A stretch of 64,000 nt of DNA from Methanocaldococcus sp. 28A (GTDB lineage Archaea; AGJL01; Methanococci; Methanococcales; Methanocaldococcaceae). Shown one piece after another: positions 45,986 through 57,054 of the stretch. The position numbers and the translations under genes are program-made. The stretch lies in NCBI GenBank assembly GCA_049852185.1, contig CP187540.1. The stretch is one strand, 5' to 3'. Within the stretch, counting starts at the first letter, position 1. Each line of letters opens with the position of its first letter. The notes under the pieces were generated by a model that saw only the letters and a program-made list of their open reading frames with translations, was not told the origin of the DNA and did not search any database.

Positions 45986-46128
45986 TAATATAAAACTCAA
46001 ATGCATTTAGCAGATATAGCATTCCATAATAAAATCTTGACACAAAAGTTCTCAAATCAAATTCTTTTAATGCATTTATACAGCTATCTAAAAAATGAAT
46101 ACATTCTTTTAAGTATGTATTGTTTAGG

Positions 46129-47406
46129 TTATGCATTCTTTCCATCACCTAAGACATAAACTTTAAATCCTTCTTTTTCCCAAGCTGCCCTATTTATTAT
46201 ATTTTTTGTATCAAGGATTATTTTATTTTTTACTTTTGAGGCAATATTTTTAATATCTTTTTTATTAAAATCTTTGTATTCATTGTGGTCTGCCAATACA
46301 ACAATAATATCTGCTTTATCAACAGCTTCATCTAAACTACATAGTGGATAGATAAAATCTCTCGCATAGCTATCATAGCATTTAACTTCAAAACCATCTT
46401 CAATTAATTTTTTGACGACCTTTTCAGCAGGACTTTCTCTTGTATCATCTACATTTCCTTTATATGTTACTCCAAATATTGCCACTTTTCCAGTATCTTT
46501 TTTTATTATTTTTTTAATCTTCTCAACGACAAATAGTGGCATTGAATCATTTATTTCTCTTGCAGTTCTTATAAGCATAGCATTTTTTGATTTCTCTACA
46601 ATAAACCATGGGTCTATGCTTATACAATGCCCTCCAACTCCAGGACCTGGTTTTAAAATATTAACTCTTGGATGTTTATTAGCTAAGCTAATTGCTTCCC
46701 AAACATCAATGCCAATTTCTTCTGCAATTTTTGCAAATTCGTTGGCTAAGGCAATATTAACATCTCTATAAGTATTTTCCATTAACTTAACCATTTCTGC
46801 TGTTTTGGCGTCAGTTAAATATATCTTTCCAGTAACAAAGGTTTTGTAAATCTCTTTTGCCATCTCAGCAGATTTTTCATCAACTCCTCCAATAACTCTG
46901 TCGTTTTCAACCAATTCTTTTAATATATTTCCAGGTAAAACCCTTTCTGGACAGTGAGCTAAATAAATTTTTTTATCTTTTGATAAATTTTTATAAATAT
47001 CGTCAGTAGTTCCTGGGGGTATTGTACTCTCTATAATAATTAGATTTCCATCCTCAAGATAGGGCTTTATGTTTTCAATAGCCTTATGCAAATAGCTTAA
47101 ATCACATCTTTTTTCTCCATCACACTCTATGCAAGGTGTAGGTACACAAATAATATAAATATCTGCTTTATCTGGTTTTGTTTGCACTTTTAAATTTCCA
47201 GAGTTTATAGCTCCCTTAACTAATGTCATTAAATCCTTCTCTGTAGTTTTAAAGCTTAATTCTTTAATCTCTTTTACTCTTTTTTCATTAATATCTACAC
47301 CTATAACATCAAATCCATGTATTGCTAACATTGAAGCTGTAGGTAATCCTATGTAACCTAATCCAATTACACATATTCTTTTTCCATTATTATTTTTCTT
47401 TACCAT
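46129..47406 (-). CDS. wecC: UDP-N-acetyl-D-mannosamine dehydrogenase
   Basis: [41 protein letters not shown]. Confidence 0.93.
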   Translation of the reverse strand: MVKKNNNGKRICVIGLGYIGLPTASMLAIHGFDVIGVDINEKRVKEIKELSFKTTEKDLMTLVKGAINSGNLKVQTKPDKADIYIICVPTPCIECDGEKRCDLSYLHKAIENIKPYLEDGNLIIIESTIPPGTTDDIYKNLSKDKKIYLAHCPERVLPGNILKELVENDRVIGGVDEKSAEMAKEIYKTFVTGKIYLTDAKTAEMVKLMENTYRDVNIALANEFAKIAEEIGIDVWEAISLANKHPRVNILKPGPGVGGHCISIDPWFIVEKSKNAMLIRTAREINDSMPLFVVEKIKKIIKKDTGKVAIFGVTYKGNVDDTRESPAEKVVKKLIEDGFEVKCYDSYARDFIYPLCSLDEAVDKADIIVVLADHNEYKDFNKKDIKNIASKVKNKIILDTKNIINRAAWEKEGFKVYVLGDGKNA

Positions 47407-47522
47407 TCTATCCCAATTTAGTGTTTTAGATTATTTATACTATACATAAAACCTTAAATAAAACCTTTGGTATAGTTATCTTCACAAATATTAATATAAA
47501 AAATATTCTGTGAGGGATTGTT

Positions 47523-48710
47523 ATGGAAAAAATTGCAGTTTTAGCCTACTCTGGAGGATTAGATACAAGCTGTTGTTTAAAGTTATTGGAAGATAAGTAT
47601 GGATATAAGGTAATTTCTGTCTGTGTAGATGTTGGACAGCCAGAAGAAGAAATAAAGGAGGTTGAAGAGAAAGCTAAAAAACTTGGAGTTTTAAAGCACT
47701 ATACCATAGATGCTAAGGAAGAGTTTGTTAAAGATTACATATTTAGAGCTATAAAAGCGAATGCAGTTTATGAGGGTTATCCATTATCAACAGCATTGGC
47801 AAGACCTCTAATAGCTTACAAAGTGGTAGAAGTTGCTTTAAAAGAGAATGCTGAGGCAGTAGCTCATGGATGCACTGGAAAAGGAAACGACCAATTTAGA
47901 TTTGAAACAACCATAAGAATCAAAGCACCACATTTAAAAATTATTGCTCCTATCAGAGATTTAAACTTAACAAGAGTTGAAGAAATTGAGTATGCAAAAG
48001 AAAAAGGAATTCCAATCCCAACAGAAAGTAAAAAATATAGTATAGATGAAAACTTATGGGGAAGAAGTATTGAAGGTAGTGAATTAGAGAATCCTGACTT
48101 TGTTCCACCAGAAGAGATATATGCATGGACTAAAAATCCAGTTGAAGATAAAGAAGAAGAGATTGTTGAGATTGAATTTAAAGAAGGAGTTCCAATAGCC
48201 ATAAATGGGGAGAAATTAGAACCTGTTGAGTTGATAAAGAAAGCTAATGAAATTGCAGGTAAGCATGGAGTTGGAAGAATAGATATTATAGAAGATAGAA
48301 TTATTGGATTAAAATCAAGAGAAAACTATGAATGTCCAGGAGCTGTTTTATTACTAACAGCTCACAAAGCTTTAGAGCAATTAGTTTTAACAAGAGATGA
48401 ACTTAGATTTAAAGAGATAGTTGATAGCTTATATGGAGAATTGATTTATAAAGGATTGTGGTTTGACCCATTAAGGGAAGATTTAGATGCATTTATAGAT
48501 AAAACTCAAGAAAGAGTTACTGGAACTATAAAAGTTAAATTATTTGGGGGAACTGCAAGAGTTGTTGGTAGATACAGCGATTATGCATTGTATAGTAAAG
48601 AGATGGTTTCATTTGATGAAAAAGAGATTGACCAAAATGAACTTGCAGGAATGGTTAAATATCATGGATTGCAGGCAATGTTGTATGAGATGGTAAAAAA
48701 TAAAAAATAA
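47523..48710 (+). CDS. argG: Argininosuccinate synthase
   Basis: [32 protein letters not shown]. Confidence 0.98.
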   Translation: MEKIAVLAYSGGLDTSCCLKLLEDKYGYKVISVCVDVGQPEEEIKEVEEKAKKLGVLKHYTIDAKEEFVKDYIFRAIKANAVYEGYPLSTALARPLIAYKVVEVALKENAEAVAHGCTGKGNDQFRFETTIRIKAPHLKIIAPIRDLNLTRVEEIEYAKEKGIPIPTESKKYSIDENLWGRSIEGSELENPDFVPPEEIYAWTKNPVEDKEEEIVEIEFKEGVPIAINGEKLEPVELIKKANEIAGKHGVGRIDIIEDRIIGLKSRENYECPGAVLLLTAHKALEQLVLTRDELRFKEIVDSLYGELIYKGLWFDPLREDLDAFIDKTQERVTGTIKVKLFGGTARVVGRYSDYALYSKEMVSFDEKEIDQNELAGMVKYHGLQAMLYEMVKNKK

Positions 48711-48746
48711 TAAATATTTATTTTTAACAATTTTTATCTTTTAAAA

Positions 48747-48838
48747 TAGGACTTTCGTAGGAATAAATATTTTATTGGAATAGACACATTAAAGGTGTCT
48801 AAATTCAAACATTAATATATAAAGTAGCGAAAGTCCTA
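48747..48838. repeat. Family-A palindromic repeat
   Basis: TAGGACTTTCG...GCGAAAGTCCTA with central hairpin TAGACAC/GTGTCTA. Confidence 0.88.
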
Positions 48839-49441
48839 TTAAAAGTCCTTATGAATTAGTGAAGGCATAACACTTTTTTGGTATGCATATTTTGATGTTT
48901 TCTTTTCACAATATCCTATTTCAGCAGGAGAGTTTAATTTAAAAAATATTAATTGTCCAATTCTCATGTTTGGATATAATATCACTGGTTTATCATGAGC
49001 AACAATTTCTAAGGTAATCTTTCCTTTAAAGCCTGCATCAATAAATCCTGCTGTTTGGTGAGAAGTTAAAAATACCCTTCCCAAACTACTTCTACCTTGA
49101 TAAAAAGAAGTGATATCTTTTGGAAGCTCTATGTATTCATTGGTAGTTCCTAAAACTCCTCCCTTAACAACATAATCTACATTATACTTTTCTTTGAAAT
49201 AATTAATTTTTTTCTCACTTAAATTATAATTTAGCGGACAAACTAAAATAGATTTTTTTATCTTTATTTTTTTGTAATTTAGTTGTTTTGATAAATCATA
49301 AACTTCGTCATTATAAATTATAAATTCATCGCCTAAGGTTACGTCATATGATGAAGGTCCTAAAAAGTCTCTATTAAATGGCTCTATAATTAATTTATTT
49401 TCATCTATTAATTTTAATATGTCTTTATCACTTAAAATCAT
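48839..49441 (-). CDS. dcd: dCTP deaminase (bifunctional dUMP-forming type)
   Basis: MILSD, SYDVTLG, GRSSLGR, AGFIDAGFKGKITLE, RIGQL. Confidence 0.93.
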   Translation of the reverse strand: MILSDKDILKLIDENKLIIEPFNRDFLGPSSYDVTLGDEFIIYNDEVYDLSKQLNYKKIKIKKSILVCPLNYNLSEKKINYFKEKYNVDYVVKGGVLGTTNEYIELPKDITSFYQGRSSLGRVFLTSHQTAGFIDAGFKGKITLEIVAHDKPVILYPNMRIGQLIFFKLNSPAEIGYCEKKTSKYAYQKSVMPSLIHKDF

Positions 49442-49554
49442 TAATATTCACCAATTAGATAATTTGAAAATAATTAACAAAAGAAAATATTTTTAAAGTT
49501 TTTGGATTTTATTTTTAAAATTTAATATGAAAATATAACAAAAATAATTTTTAA

Positions 49555-49728
49555 TAGGACTTTCATATGAATAAATATTAAACGGAATTTTTAATGCTAA
49601 ATGCATTATTTTTTCCCTGTTAAGTATATAAACTACGAAAATCTTATTTTAATTTTTTGTAATGCTTGTTATAATATAATATATAAATATTAATATTATT
49701 AATATATTTATTCCTGCGGAAAGTCCTA
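49555..49728. repeat. Two degenerate family-A repeat remnants
   Basis: TAGGACTTTC...CGAAAATCTTA (49555-49646) and ATTTATTCCTGCGGAAAGTCCTA (ends 49728). Confidence 0.65.
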
Positions 49729-49778
49729 TATTATTTCTCGATGCGTAATATTTTTAGGGTAAAACAATTTTGTAGCAC

Positions 49779-50009
49779 TTATGATACATTTATGTCCATA
49801 ATTTTTTGAGTAACGTTATAGGTTTTGTTTGCCAAATTTGTTACTGTCTTATTTGCAGTTTTTCCTGTTAAGTCCATTTGGGTATTTTTAATATTTTTTA
49901 CATAGGAATAAGCTACAATTATACTTACTAACACTGCAGATGCGACGATAATGCCGAGTTCTGTAGATATTTGCCCTCTTTTTGACGATATCAGTGAAGT
50001 AATGGACAA
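49779..50009 (-). CDS. Type IV pilin-like protein (class III signal peptide)
   Basis: SKRG/QISTE cleavage motif then hydrophobic helix; TTG start after GAGGTGA. Confidence 0.85.
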   Translation of the reverse strand: MSITSLISSKRGQISTELGIIVASAVLVSIIVAYSYVKNIKNTQMDLTGKTANKTVTNLANKTYNVTQKIMDINVS

Positions 50010-50201
50010 TATATCACCTCAAAATACCAAAATAGAGAGTATTATAATATTTCACATTAATAAACAATATAATCAATATAATTAATATTTTATCTAATTT
50101 AATTAATCAATTTAAATTATTAGAACCATACTTTAATAAAACATTATTTATTAATTAAAAAATAAATTTATTTTAAAAAATAAAATAAAAAGTAAGTTAT
50201 A

Positions 50202-50429
50202 TTATGATACACTTATATTTGTAATTTGTCCTGTAATTTCAGATGCTTTTTGTGCTAATTGGGTTGTTGTATTATTTGCAACCTCTCCTGCTTTACTAGC
50301 TTGGGAGCTAACGTTCTTTACATAGTAGTATCCTGCAATAATTGCAACTAATACAGCTGCAGCAACTAATATCCCAATCTCCATTGAGATTTGCCCTTTC
50401 TTTGACAACAATTTTTTAATTAATTTCAT
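50202..50429 (-). CDS. Type IV pilin-like protein (class III signal peptide)
   Basis: SKKG/QISME then hydrophobic helix; RBS GGGTGA. Confidence 0.88.
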   Translation of the reverse strand: MKLIKKLLSKKGQISMEIGILVAAAVLVAIIAGYYYVKNVSSQASKAGEVANNTTTQLAQKASEITGQITNISVS

Positions 50430-50621
50430 TATTTTCACCCTCTTTATTATTGGAATCTTTATCATAGATTTGTGCATTGTAGGGTATATATACTTTTTTA
50501 TTTTTTGCATTACAAAGCAACATTTAGACTTTTCTTTTGTGTCTTTTTAATATTTATCTTTTTAATAACTTTTCATTTAATAATTTTTCATCTTTTTATC
50601 ATTTAAATTATAATCCTAAAT

Positions 50622-50903
50622 CTATTTAAGTATATTTCCTTTAGACAAATTCAAAATCTCATAAATATACTTTTTAAACTCTTCTTTCCCTTTATCAGTT
50701 ATTTTAATTATTGTTTTAACTTTTCCTTTTATTATTGATTTTTTTATTTCTATATAATTCTCATTCTCTAAGATTTTTAAATGATGTTCTAAATTCCCAG
50801 GTGTTAAATTTAATTTTTCTAATAAATACTTAAATTCACAATACTCTAACCCGTACAACAAAGCTAATATTTTAACTCTAACAACCGAGTTAAATATTTT
50901 CAT
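50622..50903 (-). CDS. ArsR/MarR-type wHTH regulator
   Basis: VRVKIL, LTPGNLEHHLKILE, ITDKGK. Confidence 0.85.
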   Translation of the reverse strand: MKIFNSVVRVKILALLYGLEYCEFKYLLEKLNLTPGNLEHHLKILENENYIEIKKSIIKGKVKTIIKITDKGKEEFKKYIYEILNLSKGNILK

Positions 50904-50907
50904 GATT

Positions 50908-51438
50908 TCACGTTTCTTTACATATTAAAAAACACAATGCAATTAAAAATTGAACCATAGCAAAAATTAGAAATTGATAGACATTAAAAATAAACATAGG
51001 TATTGAAGAAAAAATCATTAAGCTTCCTAAAATCTTCCTTTTTTTTGATTTAAATAAAATTCCATCAATTATTAATAAAAATCCGAAGAATACTGCAATC
51101 TCTATTCCAACAATATTTGGATAGGTATATAATGTAATGGAAGATAAAATAACAATAGTAATTATTCCATAAAATACAATTTCCTCAAAAATTTTTTCAA
51201 AATAGCAATGAGTTTTTTTAAATAGATTTTTTTGTCTAATAATTAATATTCCTCCAATAATAATTAATAATGAAATTATAAAAAGAATATTAAAACTCCA
51301 AAATTTTATGGAGATATGGATTAGGATAAAAATTAACCCACTTAAAAAATATGAAATAAAATAAACTTTATTTTTATATTTTACATCCTCTGAGGAGTAA
51401 CTTCTTTCTACTAACTCTAAAATTTCTTTTGCATCCAT
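50908..51438 (-). CDS. Hypothetical multi-pass membrane protein
   Basis: Five to six hydrophobic segments; upstream of the wHTH gene. Confidence 0.7.
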   Translation of the reverse strand: MDAKEILELVERSYSSEDVKYKNKVYFISYFLSGLIFILIHISIKFWSFNILFIISLLIIIGGILIIRQKNLFKKTHCYFEKIFEEIVFYGIITIVILSSITLYTYPNIVGIEIAVFFGFLLIIDGILFKSKKRKILGSLMIFSSIPMFIFNVYQFLIFAMVQFLIALCFLICKET

Positions 51439-51448
51439 AAAAATCCCC

Positions 51449-51766
51449 TTATATCCTTAAATAAATATAAACCTCATATTTCTTTCCATTTTCATCTACA
51501 GCTACTGTTTTCTCTCTAATGTAATAAACATTTAAATCTTCATAATCATCAAAAATTTTTAGTTCTTTATCATTAATATCTAATAATATAATACCATCAA
51601 TATAACTATTTTCTTTTTTCCTAGCTCCATAATATCCAATTGTTTCATCAAAAAACTTTTCATAGCCATACACTCTACCTATAATCATCTTTGGCACTCT
51701 ATTTATCAATTCCAATAATCTCTCTTTTTTCATTAACTCTCCATAAGCGAATATATTATATTTCAT
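51449..51766 (-). CDS. Gamma-glutamylcyclotransferase/AIG2-like protein
   Basis: IFAYGELM, FDDYE, YIRE, YIY. Confidence 0.8.
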   Translation of the reverse strand: MKYNIFAYGELMKKERLLELINRVPKMIIGRVYGYEKFFDETIGYYGARKKENSYIDGIILLDINDKELKIFDDYEDLNVYYIREKTVAVDENGKKYEVYIYLRI

Positions 51767-53726
51767 CTTTTATACCACCTCTAACTTTAACTGCCAATCC
51801 ATAATCAAATTCTTTCAATTCTATGCTATTTAATATAACTGTTCCATAAGCTAAGAGTTCATCATCTTCATTTACTACTAAAACTTCTTCATAAGGTCTT
51901 AGTTCTTCATCACAATCAATAACAAATTTAGCAAATACATTTCTACCTTCTCTTGCAAATTTTTCAGCCTCTTTATTAACAACAACTCTATATCTTGGGA
52001 AAGGAATCTTTTTCCACAATAATTTAGCTCCTTTTTCAGAAGGTATTAAAAAATTGTCGTTACTTCTAATTGAGAATAAAATTTCTCCATTTTCATCTAA
52101 AACCTGCCTTAATCTACCTGTAGTTTTACTCCTAACAACATTTATTTTATCAATTAGCTCATCATCAATTATATCAAAACCATATTGATACTGTAACATC
52201 TTCCTAATCCTTATGGCATCAGTATTGATTTTTTTTGTAGCAGAGAAATAATTTATGTAGTAGTTGTAAGTCATTATATCTAATATATTGTCTTCTCCAA
52301 CTTTTTTCTTTAACCAATCAATAAATTCATCAACAAACCTCTTGTTTATTTCTTTTTCATAATCAAAGAGTTCAGGAATTTCATGTTGGGATAATGGATA
52401 TATTGTATCAACATAATATGGAATAAATCCAAAGACTGGGTCTTTAATTAAAATGTCAATATCTGTTTCAACTACATTTAAATTCTCGTGATATGGCTTA
52501 TCTATAGAGATTGATACGGTTGTTATATAAACTTTATTATATTTTATTCTCTTTAATCTCTTCTTATGTCTCAAAACCTCTGGTCTAAACATTGATTCAA
52601 TGCCACTATAGAAGAAGGCAGATTTTTTAGTTACTGGGTCGAATTTTTCTATATAATCCATATACTTCCTAACAACTCTATAACCCTCTAAAAGTTTTGG
52701 ATGGCATCTACATCTCTCTTCAACCAACTCCCATAAACTCCCCTCTCTTATTGCCTGTTTTATTCTATCTATCTCTTCAAAAGTTACATATAAATTATGT
52801 TCTGCCAATAATCTTTCTCTATCTTTTTTATTTAAACTGCTTAATTCTTTTGGTGTATAAGATGAGCAAACAGGACAGGAACAAGGGAATTCCTTTAAAT
52901 CTTTAATCTCTTCTAAGTGTAAGGTTCCTCTTTCAGTTAAGTATCTATCATCTTTAGCATATAAGGCATAAGCAGCAGAATCAAACAAATCACATCCTAA
53001 AGCAACAGCCAAAGCAAAGAACATTGGATGCCCACAACCAAATAAATGAACTGGCTTGTTTGTAGGTAGATACATCTTTGAGTTTATTATAATTTCAGCA
53101 ACTTCTCTATATCTATATTGTTCCATCAATGGTACAACAGCTCCAATTGGATAGATATCAAAGCCTAACTTTGTCATCTCTTTAGCAGATTTTTGCCTTA
53201 AATCTAAATAGGTTGAACCCTGAACAGTTCCATTTAGTAATAATTTAAATCCTTTCTCTTTTTTTAATTCTATTGATGCCTTAGCCCTCTTTAAAGTTTC
53301 TTCTAATTCTTTCTCAGCTATTTCTCTATCAACATCTGGTGGAGTTGGAATATCTAATATTGTCCCTACATCTACCCCTATCCTTTCTTGAAACTCTATA
53401 ATTTCTAATGGCTCTATCTCTACTTTTCCATAAACACCCAATTGAAAAGAACCACTGTCTGTAACAATTACTTTATCAAAGCCAATTAATTTATGAATCC
53501 CATATTCTTCAGCAATCTCTCTTAAATGTTTTGTTCTATAAGTTATGTATGAGTTTGTAATAATAACATCTGCCAATTTATTTATTAAATCCATTGATAC
53601 AATCTGTTTTTTTGGATTTGGGTGAATAACAGGCATTATTGTAGGAGTTTCAATTTTCTTTTCATTTATGTTTAAGATTCCAATTCTTCCCATTGCATCC
53701 CTGTGTTTTATTTCAAAAGTCATCAT
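51756..53726 (-). CDS. tgtA: Archaeosine tRNA-guanine(15) transglycosylase
   Basis: TDSGSFQL, HLFGCGHP, DLFDSA, CSCPVC, C-terminal PUA domain. Confidence 0.97.
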   Translation of the reverse strand: MMTFEIKHRDAMGRIGILNINEKKIETPTIMPVIHPNPKKQIVSMDLINKLADVIITNSYITYRTKHLREIAEEYGIHKLIGFDKVIVTDSGSFQLGVYGKVEIEPLEIIEFQERIGVDVGTILDIPTPPDVDREIAEKELEETLKRAKASIELKKEKGFKLLLNGTVQGSTYLDLRQKSAKEMTKLGFDIYPIGAVVPLMEQYRYREVAEIIINSKMYLPTNKPVHLFGCGHPMFFALAVALGCDLFDSAAYALYAKDDRYLTERGTLHLEEIKDLKEFPCSCPVCSSYTPKELSSLNKKDRERLLAEHNLYVTFEEIDRIKQAIREGSLWELVEERCRCHPKLLEGYRVVRKYMDYIEKFDPVTKKSAFFYSGIESMFRPEVLRHKKRLKRIKYNKVYITTVSISIDKPYHENLNVVETDIDILIKDPVFGFIPYYVDTIYPLSQHEIPELFDYEKEINKRFVDEFIDWLKKKVGEDNILDIMTYNYYINYFSATKKINTDAIRIRKMLQYQYGFDIIDDELIDKINVVRSKTTGRLRQVLDENGEILFSIRSNDNFLIPSEKGAKLLWKKIPFPRYRVVVNKEAEKFAREGRNVFAKFVIDCDEELRPYEEVLVVNEDDELLAYGTVILNSIELKEFDYGLAVKVRGGIKDEI

Positions 53727-53800
53727 TTTATCACAACACTTTAATTTGTTCTGTATATTTTTATTAAAAATTTCAAATTATTGATAATAAAAATTTTAAT

Positions 53801-53934
53801 TATAGTTGTGTGCAAAATAAAATAAACTTTAAAAAGGAAATTTTGAAGGCCTTCCTTATGGAGTATTCTTTAATACATTATTTTATTTAAGATATAGTTC
53901 TGCACACAACTCCATATTCCTGCAAAAAGTCCTA
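53801..53934. repeat. Family-B repeat abutting a family-A right end
   Basis: TATAGTTGTGTGCAAAA...TGCACACAACT then TATTCCTGCAAAAAGTCCTA. Confidence 0.8.
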
Positions 53935-53937
53935 TAA

Positions 53938-54177
53938 TTATTCATCTATTCTTTGAGTTCTTCTAACTGTGAAGGCAAATAATGCTGGTAATATAGCTCC
54001 TCCTAAAATTGCCTCTGTTAAAGCAACATCTGGGGCTAACAATGCATAGTATAAATAAGCCATACACAAACCAGCAAAGCCAGATAGTATAATACATTTA
54101 ATTAAATCTTTTTGTAGAAGGGAAGCTAAACTTGATAACAATGTCATTATTATAACTATGTAGTGTATGATTTCCAT
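53938..54177 (-). CDS. DUF4040/MnhB-related energy-converting hydrogenase subunit
   Basis: LLAPDVALTEAILG motif. Confidence 0.8.
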   Translation of the reverse strand: MEIIHYIVIIMTLLSSLASLLQKDLIKCIILSGFAGLCMAYLYYALLAPDVALTEAILGGAILPALFAFTVRRTQRIDE

Positions 54178-54266
54178 TTAGCTCACCTTACAATGTTTAT
54201 CACTAATAATTTTATCACATAACCAATATAAAAAATTCTACATTAAAATAAAAAAGAGGGATTTTT

Positions 54267-55412
54267 ATGGATTACTATGTTACACTATCTCCAGGACTTG
54301 AAAAGATATCAAAAAATGAAATTGTATCTTTTGGAGGAAAAATTAAAGAGATTAGAGAAAATAAAGGCAGAATATTTTTTAGTGGTGATTTAGAACTGAT
54401 TCCTAAGATTAACTACCTTTCAAGAACTATAGAGAGGTTAAATATCTTACTATATAAGGAAGAAATTCCAAACATATCCTTAGATGATATTTATGAGAAA
54501 GTCTATAATATTGATTGGACTAAATGGATTAGAGAAGAGCAGGCTTTTGCCATTCGCCCATTAAGAGCTGGGGAGCATAACTTTACATCAATAGATATTG
54601 GAAGAGTTGCAGGAGAGGCCTTAATAAAATCATATCAAAAAGATAAAAATGTTAGGCTTAAAGTTAATTTAGATGAACCAGATGTTATTGTTAGGGTTGA
54701 AGTTATATTTGATGAGCTAATTATTGGAATTGATACAACGGGAGATACAGCGTTAGATAAGAGAGGATATAGAATCTTCAACCACCCAGCACATTTGAAT
54801 GCCACTATAGCAGCATCATTAATTTATTTAAGTGATTGGAAAGATGATGAGATGTTATTAGACCCAATGTGTGGAAGTGGAACTATCCCAATAGAAGGGG
54901 CTTTAATAAAAAGAAATATCCCTCCAGGAAAGTTTAGAGAGGAAAAATATGGGTTTAAGTTTGTTGATATTTTTGGTTATGAGCTTTTAAATAAAATAAA
55001 AAAAGAGATTGTTGAGAATAAAAATAACTATAAGATAATTGGATTGGATAAAAATCAAAAATATTTAGATGGAGCTAAAGAAAATGCCAAAAACGCTGAG
55101 GTTTTGGATACAATTGATTTTATTTGTGGGAATGCTACAAAACTGCATGAGAAATTTAATGATATTGATGTTATTATAGCAAATCCACCTTATGGTATAA
55201 GAATGGGAAATAAAAGAATGATTAAAAATTTATACAATGAATTTTTATTATCATCAAAAAAAGTTATGCATGGTTCTTCCAGGTTAATAGTTATAACTGC
55301 AGAAAATAAGAGTTTTAAAGAGGCAGTTTTTAAAAATAATTTAGAAATTAAAGAGGAGTTTGAAGTTATGTTTGGAGGATTATTGACAAGGGTTTTTTAT
55401 ATCACAGTATAA
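54267..55412 (+). CDS. trm14: tRNA (guanine6-N2)-methyltransferase, THUMP plus Rossmann fold
   Basis: HPAHLN, LDPMCGSGTIPIE, NPPYG. Confidence 0.88.
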   Translation: MDYYVTLSPGLEKISKNEIVSFGGKIKEIRENKGRIFFSGDLELIPKINYLSRTIERLNILLYKEEIPNISLDDIYEKVYNIDWTKWIREEQAFAIRPLRAGEHNFTSIDIGRVAGEALIKSYQKDKNVRLKVNLDEPDVIVRVEVIFDELIIGIDTTGDTALDKRGYRIFNHPAHLNATIAASLIYLSDWKDDEMLLDPMCGSGTIPIEGALIKRNIPPGKFREEKYGFKFVDIFGYELLNKIKKEIVENKNNYKIIGLDKNQKYLDGAKENAKNAEVLDTIDFICGNATKLHEKFNDIDVIIANPPYGIRMGNKRMIKNLYNEFLLSSKKVMHGSSRLIVITAENKSFKEAVFKNNLEIKEEFEVMFGGLLTRVFYITV

Positions 55413-55424
55413 AGAGGGAAATTT

Positions 55425-56240
55425 ATGTTCCAAGGTATAAAAGATGATATTTATAATTTTATTTATAAGTATTATATTGAACCAGCTGAGAAAGGAACTG
55501 GCTACAACTTAATCCAAGAAATAACTTATGGAATTATCTTAGCATTGGCTTTGTATTTATTTTATAAAGCTCTAAGAAAGCTAAATATAAATATTGATGA
55601 AAAATTTGCAATTCCTGGGATTGTTTTTACTGTTTTAATTGCCTTGATAAGAGCTTTAGTTGATTGTGGATATATAGAAAGGACTTTTTTAACAATAACT
55701 CCAGGAATTGTATTTCTAATTGGTGGATTTTTTATATTGACTATTTTAACTACTGGATTGATATTTAAAGAAAATTATTATAAAGTATCTGCAATTGTAG
55801 GATTGATTCCATTGTTATACTTTTTTATTATATTTTTACAGCATGTAGTTCATTTAGAAGCAATATTATATGTTATAATTTTGGTAGGGGTATTTTATTA
55901 TTTAATTAAATTTTTAGATAAAAAATTAAACTTGAATATTTTAACATCAAAAATTGACCATTATGTTATAATAGGGCAGTTAATTGACGCATCAGCCACA
56001 ACTGTTGGAATTGGTATTTATGGTTATTGGGAACAACATCCAATCCCAAGATTGTTAATGGAAACTTTTGGAGTTTATTCTTTCATCCCTTTTAAACTTT
56101 TAGTAGTTTTATTGGCCCTCTATATTTTAAATAGAGAAGTTGAAGATAAAAATATAAAAAATATTATAAAGCTCTGCATAATGGCTCTTGGATTAGCTCC
56201 AGGACTTAGAGATTTATTTAGAACGGTTATGGGCGTATAA
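55425..56240 (+). CDS. DUF63 family membrane protein
   Basis: GYN....[27 protein letters not shown]. Confidence 0.8.
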   Translation: MFQGIKDDIYNFIYKYYIEPAEKGTGYNLIQEITYGIILALALYLFYKALRKLNINIDEKFAIPGIVFTVLIALIRALVDCGYIERTFLTITPGIVFLIGGFFILTILTTGLIFKENYYKVSAIVGLIPLLYFFIIFLQHVVHLEAILYVIILVGVFYYLIKFLDKKLNLNILTSKIDHYVIIGQLIDASATTVGIGIYGYWEQHPIPRLLMETFGVYSFIPFKLLVVLLALYILNREVEDKNIKNIIKLCIMALGLAPGLRDLFRTVMGV

Positions 56241-56268
56241 GACTTAATTTAAATTTTTTGGTGATTAA

Positions 56269-57054
56269 ATGAAATTTATAATTTTTTTACCCCTGCTTAT
56301 ATCTGTTGGATTTATTATAGGAATATTAGGAAGTTTACTTGGGATTGGCGGGGGATTTTTAGTAGCTCCAATTTTAACATTTATTTTTGATTATTTTGGC
56401 ATTCCAAATGGAATAAAATTTGCTATAGGAACGTCATTATTTGTTGTATTTATAAACTCAATAATATCAATATTTAGACATGCAAAAATTAAAAATATAA
56501 ATTGGAAGGCATCAATAATAATTGGAACTATTAGCTTAATTTTTTCATACTTTAGTGGGTTTTTAGTAGTTAATTATATTGACTCTTATATTTTAAAAAA
56601 GATATTCGGGATTTTTTTAATATCAACTGCAGTATATTTAACAAAATCGCATCATATTGACAAAATTTCTGAGAGGGACGATAACTTAGCTCATTTTGTT
56701 TTTTGTGGAATTATTACTGGTTTCTTATCAGGTTTATTTGGTATTGGTGGTGGGATAGTTATAATTCCAATTTTAGCAATGGCAAAATATCCTGTAAAAA
56801 GAGCTGTTGCAATCTCTGTAGGTGTGATTCCTTTAACTTCAGTTGGTGGGCTTGTCTCATATTTAATGGCTGATACAAAAAGCTATATTTACAATATTGG
56901 ATATGTATCAATTCCAATAGCTCTAATTATAGCAATTCCAATAATATATTCTTCAAAATTGGGCATAATGATAAATCAGAAAATTTCTCCAAAATATCTA
57001 AGAATTATACTTAGTGCCATATTAGGAATAATGGGATTGGTTATGCTTTATTAG
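56269..57054 (+). CDS. TSUP/TauE-family transporter
   Basis: Duplicated GIGGG motifs, AIGTSL. Confidence 0.88.
   Translation: MKFIIFLPLLISVGFIIGILGSLLGIGGGFLVAPILTFIFDYFGIPNGIKFAIGTSLFVVFINSIISIFRHAKIKNINWKASIIIGTISLIFSYFSGFLVVNYIDSYILKKIFGIFLISTAVYLTKSHHIDKISERDDNLAHFVFCGIITGFLSGLFGIGGGIVIIPILAMAKYPVKRAVAISVGVIPLTSVGGLVSYLMADTKSYIYNIGYVSIPIALIIAIPIIYSSKLGIMINQKISPKYLRIILSAILGIMGLVMLY

Larger units (their letters stand above)
45380..46136 (-). pseudogene. HEPN-like gene interrupted by a 286-bp insertion
   Basis: Removing 45680-45965 fuses ...RENIEDW to HNKERYANF... in frame (about 156 aa) with SRFYY, H and R.ASDY motifs of UPF0332-type HEPN proteins. Confidence 0.75.

Noticed and set aside
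45380-46148. Two separate genes (113 aa and 70 aa)
   Set aside because: Better explained as halves of one gene; their inner termini come from the inserted element
11215-52906. Short Ser/Phe/Ile-rich ORFs opposite known genes (e.g. 11215, 13401, 15004, 22456, 28738, 37695, 46412, 47864, 52697)
   Set aside because: Antisense shadows of Lys/Glu-rich genes
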